Of a stretch of DNA of 64,000 bases, positions 58,766 to 64,000 are shown piece after piece (the first letter of the stretch is position 1; each line of letters begins with the position of its first letter). The DNA comes from an uncultured archaeon (GTDB taxonomy: Archaea; Asgardarchaeota; Thorarchaeia; Thorarchaeales; Thorarchaeaceae), in the NCBI GenBank assembly GCA_964473825.1, contig CAYYQL010000007.1, forward strand, positions 1 to 64,000. Direction: 5' to 3'. The position numbers were made by a program, and so were the translations under genes. Below the pieces are notes generated by a model. That model saw only the letters and a list, made by a program, of their open reading frames with translations. It did not search any database and was not told where the DNA came from.

Positions 58766-59771
58766 TGACATAGTTGAGAGATGCTTCGCATCTCCTAACG
58801 AAGGGCTCTCATCCCTCTCACAGGCGGGCTTTGAAGCCTCTAGAAGGGCACTGGGAAACACGATGCGTTTCTATGTCCCGGGGATGGTACACTACGAAAC
58901 CGAATACCACAGTATGTCGAATAAGCTACGATTCCCCGGTCTTTCAACTACTGGTAGGGCCTGTGCATTGAACTGTGACCATTGCAGTGGTCAGCTTCTG
59001 ATCTCGATGCATCCTACAACGAGCCCCGAAGCACTCTGGAAACATGGACTAAAGGTCTACAAACATGGTGGGTCGGGTATTTTGGTTAGTGGAGGATCTA
59101 CACATCTGGGAAACACCCCGTTACTCCCCTTCATCCCCGTTCTGAAACGTATCAAGCAGGACTTGGGTCTGCATATTGTGGTACATACTGGCCTCGTGCT
59201 ACCAGAGATTGCCGAAGCCTTAGGGGAGGTCGGAATAGATGGTGCAATGCTTGACATCATAGGATCAGACGACACGCTTCGGGAGGTATACCACCTCGAT
59301 ATGTCCACCGATGTTTTTGACGAATCTATGAGCCTACTGGAAGAGAACAACATCCCATTCATGCCTCATGTAATTGCTGGACTTCACTACGGCAGACTCG
59401 AGGGGGAGATTCGTGCAATCAGAATGATTGCAAAACACAATCCCGAAGTAGTCGTGGTTGTTGCATTCATGCCGCTGGATAACACTCCGATGGAACACGT
59501 TGCCCCATCAACACCCGAAGACATCACAAGGGTCATACTCGCTGCCCGCCTTGCCATGCCTCGAATTCCACTTACCCTCGGTTGTGCACGACCACTAGGA
59601 AATCATCGGAGAACAACAGACCGGCTGGCTATCGACTCGGGCGTAAACGGAATTGCGTATCCAACCCCAGAAACGCACGAATATGCGGTAGAAAAAGGAC
59701 TAGATGTCATCTATGAAGACGAATGCTGTTCCTTGATTGGGCGAGCATTCCACTTGGAGACTAACAGATGA
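58755..59771 (+). CDS. lipS1: Radical SAM lipoyl synthase component, LipS1-type
   Basis: CALNCDHC; C-terminal LGCARP and CC motifs. Confidence 0.72.
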   Translation: MTNDDIVERCFASPNEGLSSLSQAGFEASRRALGNTMRFYVPGMVHYETEYHSMSNKLRFPGLSTTGRACALNCDHCSGQLLISMHPTTSPEALWKHGLKVYKHGGSGILVSGGSTHLGNTPLLPFIPVLKRIKQDLGLHIVVHTGLVLPEIAEALGEVGIDGAMLDIIGSDDTLREVYHLDMSTDVFDESMSLLEENNIPFMPHVIAGLHYGRLEGEIRAIRMIAKHNPEVVVVVAFMPLDNTPMEHVAPSTPEDITRVILAARLAMPRIPLTLGCARPLGNHRRTTDRLAIDSGVNGIAYPTPETHEYAVEKGLDVIYEDECCSLIGRAFHLETNR

Positions 59772-61366
59772 ATGACTGGCGACTACTAGACACGGGTGTC
59801 CTTACTGGCGCCGAGAATATGGCGCTAGATGACGTAATGCTCGAGTGTCGTTCCGAGAAGGAAACCCCAAACACAATAAGATTCCTCCAATTCAACCCCT
59901 CTGCCGTTCTTGTTGGCTACCATCAATCAGTGGAACAGGAGGTTCGCACCATATTCTGCCAAGAGAAAGGGATTGACATCAATCGCAGAATAACTGGAGG
60001 TGGTACCATCCTCTTCACGCCTTCATGCCTCGGATGGGAAGTTTTTGCAGACAAGTCCACTCCCCGGATTCAGGATTTGAGAAAGGATCTCGATCGACTG
60101 GCAGGCATTGTCTGCAAGGGTACCATAGCAGGCCTGAAGGAGCTTGGTATTGATGCGGAGTTTAGACCCAAGAATGATATTGAGGTCAAGGGCCGCAAGA
60201 TTTCTGGCACAGGAGGTACGCAACGAGGAGATTCGTTCATGTATCAGGGAACCCTCCTCGTTGATTTTGACGTTGAACTCATGCTTAGGGCCCTTCGAAT
60301 ACCTGTTGAAAAGCTGAAAGACAAGGAGATTGAAAGCGTCAAGGAGCGCGTCACATGTCTGAAATGGGAGATGGGTCATGTACCGCCAATGGATGAGATA
60401 AAATCTGCTTTGTCAGCAGGCTTTGAAGAAGTGCTAGATATGTCCCTTGAGCCGCATGGATTGTATCCGTGCGAAGAAACGCTGTATCAGGAGCGTCAGC
60501 GCTACTACCAATCGGATGAATGGGTGTATCTGGTCCGTCGGCCTGCTGAAACTGGGGGACATGTCAATGCCATGCGGAAGACCCCAGGTGGCCTCGTGAG
60601 GGTGTCCGCCAGTATTGATGTTCTTGGAGGATTCATTGTGAGTTGTTTCATCACAGGAGATTTCCAGGCCTTTCCGCAACGCGCCATTATGGATTTGGAG
60701 GCCAGACTCAAGAACGTGTCCACTGACGAGGAAACTATCCGCAATATCATCCTCTCGTTCTTTGAAGATTCTGGAGCAAACATTGTTGGAGTCGAGCCGG
60801 AGGATATTGTCCAGCTGATCCTTGAAAGCGTGAAGAAAACTGCATTCACGAAGTACGGAGTAACTCTTGATCAGACAAACTATCTCATGCCGGTCAATTT
60901 TATGCCTGACGAGCTAGAGGATCAGATCTTCGACTATGTCCTCTTGCCCTATTGTGCCAAACGCGTGGGTTGTGAACACCGCTGGACCGAGGGCTGTGAC
61001 ACTTGTGGTGCCTGCACGATCAGCCCTGTCTACGAACTAATTCAGGAGCTGGGTGTTGCCGTTCGGACAATACAAAGCTACGAGGATCTTATCGAAACCA
61101 TTGATGAGTTCAAGGAGAAGGGAGCCAGAGGATACATCGGTTCTTGTTGCGACGCCTTTCGAAGCAAGCATTACTACGATTTCGTTGAAACGGGTGTGCC
61201 TGCTTTACTCCTCGACGTGGAGGACTCTACATGCTACGATCTAGGGAAGGAACAGGACGCATATGCTGGGAAGTTCGAAGGGCAGACTACATTGATGATC
61301 GAGCTAGTCAGCCATATGATCAGAGAGATGTGGAAAAGAGGAATTCTCCGCGCAGAGGTGAAGTAG
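59768..61366 (+). CDS. Lipoate-protein ligase with C-terminal Cys-rich DUF116-like domain
   Basis: NMALD, RRITGGGT, KNDI..GRKISGTG, KTPGGL accessory domain, then LLPYCAK..CEHR..CDTCGAC..GSCC..STCY. Confidence 0.85.
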   Translation: MNDWRLLDTGVLTGAENMALDDVMLECRSEKETPNTIRFLQFNPSAVLVGYHQSVEQEVRTIFCQEKGIDINRRITGGGTILFTPSCLGWEVFADKSTPRIQDLRKDLDRLAGIVCKGTIAGLKELGIDAEFRPKNDIEVKGRKISGTGGTQRGDSFMYQGTLLVDFDVELMLRALRIPVEKLKDKEIESVKERVTCLKWEMGHVPPMDEIKSALSAGFEEVLDMSLEPHGLYPCEETLYQERQRYYQSDEWVYLVRRPAETGGHVNAMRKTPGGLVRVSASIDVLGGFIVSCFITGDFQAFPQRAIMDLEARLKNVSTDEETIRNIILSFFEDSGANIVGVEPEDIVQLILESVKKTAFTKYGVTLDQTNYLMPVNFMPDELEDQIFDYVLLPYCAKRVGCEHRWTEGCDTCGACTISPVYELIQELGVAVRTIQSYEDLIETIDEFKEKGARGYIGSCCDAFRSKHYYDFVETGVPALLLDVEDSTCYDLGKEQDAYAGKFEGQTTLMIELVSHMIREMWKRGILRAEVK

Positions 61367-61367
61367 C

Positions 61368-62423
61368 CTGCAACACAATGATGTCATTATAGTTGGAGGA
61401 GGACCCGCCGGGGCGGCAAGTGCTATCCTCTGCGCAAGAGAGGGGCTTGATGTCTGTCTGCTCGAAAAGAAAGGCAAGAACAGGCACAAGGTGTGCGGAG
61501 GAGTCCTGCCAGCTGTTGCTCCAAGTGCAATAGAGGATATCTTGGATGTGTCACTGCCAAATCATGTTATGGCAAACCCGTCACAACTCGGGCTGTACTA
61601 CATACCTCCAAGCGGCCGGGAAAATGGCGTTGTTATTGAGGGATACAAGATATACAATGTCAACCGTGACAGGTTCGACCAGTGGCTTCGTGATACGGCT
61701 GAAAAGAACGGCGTCAGCATCCAGTACAAGACAGAGTGCATTGGGTTCGAGTATGATAGGGAATTCTCCGTCCAAGTTGAGGGTCCTAGTGGACGGTGTC
61801 TGTATTCCTCGGAGTATCTCATTGGAGCTGACGGTGTTAGGTCTTACACGCGCCGTAAACTCATGCCAAATGAAGATACCCCTGTTATGCTAGTCGCTCA
61901 GGAGGAACTGAATGCAGAGGGCGATTTTGGAGAGTACTTCTATGGATTCTTTCGCGAGGACATCTCCAAAGCCTACGCGTATGTCATCCCGAAGTCCAAT
62001 AGACTGTTCCTGGGTCTGGGTACAACCCCGCACACGAAGCCCAATCTCCATCAACTGATGATTCGTTTCAAGAAATGGCTAGGAACCGAGTTTGCATTCA
62101 ATGAACTGAGTCTTGTTAGACGGGAAACATGGGCAATACCGTTCGGGTATTTCCATCTTGGTGTCGGTAACGCTCTTCTTGTTGGAGACGCTGCAGGGCT
62201 GTGCAACCCGCTATCGGGTGAAGGTATCAGACCCGCCATCGAAAGCGCAGAGGCTGCGGCGGCGGCAATAACTACGACGGGTGATTCGTCCCTCGTTAAC
62301 CGCTATGCACGCAACGTGGAGGGGCTAGTATTCATGCTGAAGGACCTCAACCGCTTTGTGCGAAGTATGGATAATGCAGCCATGGAGGAGTTCATTCACC
62401 AAGAGGCAAAGAGACAACTCTAA
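61368..62423 (+). CDS. Geranylgeranyl reductase-family FAD oxidoreductase (LipT-like by context)
   Basis: The Rossmann motif DVIIVGGGPAG lies upstream of the track start, so the start is probably CTG 61368; KVCGG, IGADG, YAYVIP, VGDAAG..NPLSGEGI. Confidence 0.8.
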   Translation: MQHNDVIIVGGGPAGAASAILCAREGLDVCLLEKKGKNRHKVCGGVLPAVAPSAIEDILDVSLPNHVMANPSQLGLYYIPPSGRENGVVIEGYKIYNVNRDRFDQWLRDTAEKNGVSIQYKTECIGFEYDREFSVQVEGPSGRCLYSSEYLIGADGVRSYTRRKLMPNEDTPVMLVAQEELNAEGDFGEYFYGFFREDISKAYAYVIPKSNRLFLGLGTTPHTKPNLHQLMIRFKKWLGTEFAFNELSLVRRETWAIPFGYFHLGVGNALLVGDAAGLCNPLSGEGIRPAIESAEAAAAAITTTGDSSLVNRYARNVEGLVFMLKDLNRFVRSMDNAAMEEFIHQEAKRQL

Positions 62424-62460
62424 CATCACAATTAAGTGTCAACGAGTATAGACTCGTGCC

Positions 62461-63558
62461 ATGCCTATCGAGACTTGGCGACTATTGGACTTGGGACCCA
62501 TTGATCCCCTCGAAACCCAGACAATATATGACATGGTGGCACAGGCCATCACCGAGGATGAAGCAGAGAACACGCTCATCATATGCTGGCCAAGTGACCC
62601 TCTCGTATCGCTGGGATACTTCCAAGAAGCCGAAAAGGACATTGACCTAGAGTACTGTCGAGAGAACGATGTTCTAGTTGTGCGAAGAGTCATCGGTGGG
62701 GGTGGTGTCTACCTTGATGAGGGTCAGCTCTTCTACCAGATAATCGGCCGAGTTGACAGTCCAACCACACCCAAGAGCATAGATGCTTACTATCGCAAGT
62801 TTCTAGATGCGCCTGTGCAGACCTATCGTAACCTAGGAATTGATGCAGAGTTCAGACCAGTAAATGATATTCAAGTGAGTGGGAAGAAGATCTCGGGAAA
62901 TGGAGCAGGAGACGTAGGAGATGCCAGAATACTCACCGGAAATCTGATCTTTGATTTTGATTTTGATTCAATGGTTCACGTACTCAGAGTTCCAAGTGAG
63001 AAGTTTCGAGATAAGATATTCAAGAGTCTCAAAGAGCGAATGACCACCATAGAGGGAGAGCTGGGTGCACTACCCGACCGTAACACCGTGAAAGAAGACC
63101 TTCTTAGATTATATGAGAAGACCCTCGATATTGACCTTGAGCGGGGAGACCTCTCGTCCTGGGAGAGAAACAAGATGAAGGAGCTCCGTGACAAGTATCT
63201 CTCGAGGGACTGGCTATTCTGGAGGAAGGGACGGAAATTCGATGTTGCTCATCAGGTGAAAATATCAGCCACGGCATCTGTTGGCACTGCGAACTTCAAG
63301 GCTGAAGGAGGGCTCATCAGGGTGACCGCAGAGGTGGTGGAAGGAACGATAGAGGAGATTGTCGTGAGTGGTGACTTTTTCATGATTCCCTCTCTCGGAA
63401 TCGAACTTGTTGAAGGGGCACTTACAGGCGTCAGGGCAGAGAAAGAGGAGATTCTGCGTCGAATCGAGCAGCTTTATTCGGACAAGGGGCTCCAGTCACC
63501 GGGCGTTAGACCCGAGGATATTGCCGAAGCCGTGAATCTGGCCGTACAGGAGACTTAG
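62461..63558 (+). CDS. Lipoate-protein ligase (catalytic + accessory domain)
   Basis: VSLGYFQ, RRVIGGGGVYLD, VNDI..GKKISGNG, KAEGGLIRV..VSGDFF. Confidence 0.88.
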   Translation: MPIETWRLLDLGPIDPLETQTIYDMVAQAITEDEAENTLIICWPSDPLVSLGYFQEAEKDIDLEYCRENDVLVVRRVIGGGGVYLDEGQLFYQIIGRVDSPTTPKSIDAYYRKFLDAPVQTYRNLGIDAEFRPVNDIQVSGKKISGNGAGDVGDARILTGNLIFDFDFDSMVHVLRVPSEKFRDKIFKSLKERMTTIEGELGALPDRNTVKEDLLRLYEKTLDIDLERGDLSSWERNKMKELRDKYLSRDWLFWRKGRKFDVAHQVKISATASVGTANFKAEGGLIRVTAEVVEGTIEEIVVSGDFFMIPSLGIELVEGALTGVRAEKEEILRRIEQLYSDKGLQSPGVRPEDIAEAVNLAVQET

Positions 63559-63670
63559 GAGCACCTAGATAGGACTCAAAAGTAGAACGATAGTTGATGT
63601 GCCACCTTTTCACCAAGGGAAAGAGGCATGCTTTTCTTCTTGCGCTCCTCAGTGAGAATGCAAAGCACAG

Positions 63671-64000
63671 GTGGTTGCTCTGACGATTACCAATCAGTTC
63701 AAGATCACGACCCCGGGAAGACTGTGCCTCTTTGGAGAGCATAGCGACTATCTAGGCCTAGATGTCATTTCTGCGGCCCTAGACAGATATATCGAACTGA
63801 AGGTCAGCCCACGTCAAGATGATGTAATCACTGTTCTCTACAGAGACTTGGAAGAAGAGGAGCGCTTCTCAGCGGAATCTGAGGCCCCTTATCTCAAGAA
63901 ACGTGATTATGTTAGAAGTGCGTTCAACGTTGTGAGGCGGCGGAGCCCTCAACGCATGGCAGGTGCAGATATCACCGTTACAGGGAACATCCCGATTGGG
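63671..64000 (+). CDS. GHMP kinase (galactokinase-like), 5' part only
   Basis: Not in the ORF track; hand translation gives TPGRLCLFGEHSDYLGLDVISAALD...ITVTGNIPIG, open to the window end. Start is GTG 63671 or CTG 63680. Confidence 0.8.
   Translation, partial: MVALTITNQFKITTPGRLCLFGEHSDYLGLDVISAALDRYIELKVSPRQDDVITVLYRDLEEEERFSAESEAPYLKKRDYVRSAFNVVRRRSPQRMAGADITVTGNIPIG

Overview
Gene-dense, roughly 50% GC archaeal DNA, most likely from an Asgard archaeon (Thorarchaeia-like). This is inferred from GGTGA/GGAGG ribosome-binding motifs, a gelsolin-like protein, two longin-domain proteins (one NPRL2-like), a Vps62-like protein, 22-aa LRR and TPR proteins, and a NosD-type beta-helix surface protein. 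Metabolic content: galT-galK-GH38 mannosidase cluster, nadB, P5C dehydrogenase, adenosine deaminase, PepD, PAP2, a MOT1-type anion transporter, three ABC-exporter modules and a LipS2-LipS1-LplA-LipT-like-LplA lipoate assembly cluster. The standout is a tightly coupled ~15-16 kb operon (17934-32955, plus a TPR gene to 34349). It encodes an ABC-2 permease, an ABC ATPase with two TrmB-C-like modules, a catalytically dead subtilase with Site-1-protease-like architecture (S8 + GIFT + TM), a second ABC ATPase, and a 2246-aa single-pass surface protein (FG-GAP propeller + ~1700 aa of Ca-binding DxDGDG repeats + cytoplasmic adaptin-ear-like sandwich). Also seen: a low-GC bacterial-like GNAT insertion, a triple palindromic operator with a dispersed copy 5 kb away, and probable CTG start codons. 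No tRNA, rRNA, CRISPR array or transposase was recognised. All family assignments come from motif recognition by eye, not from database searches.
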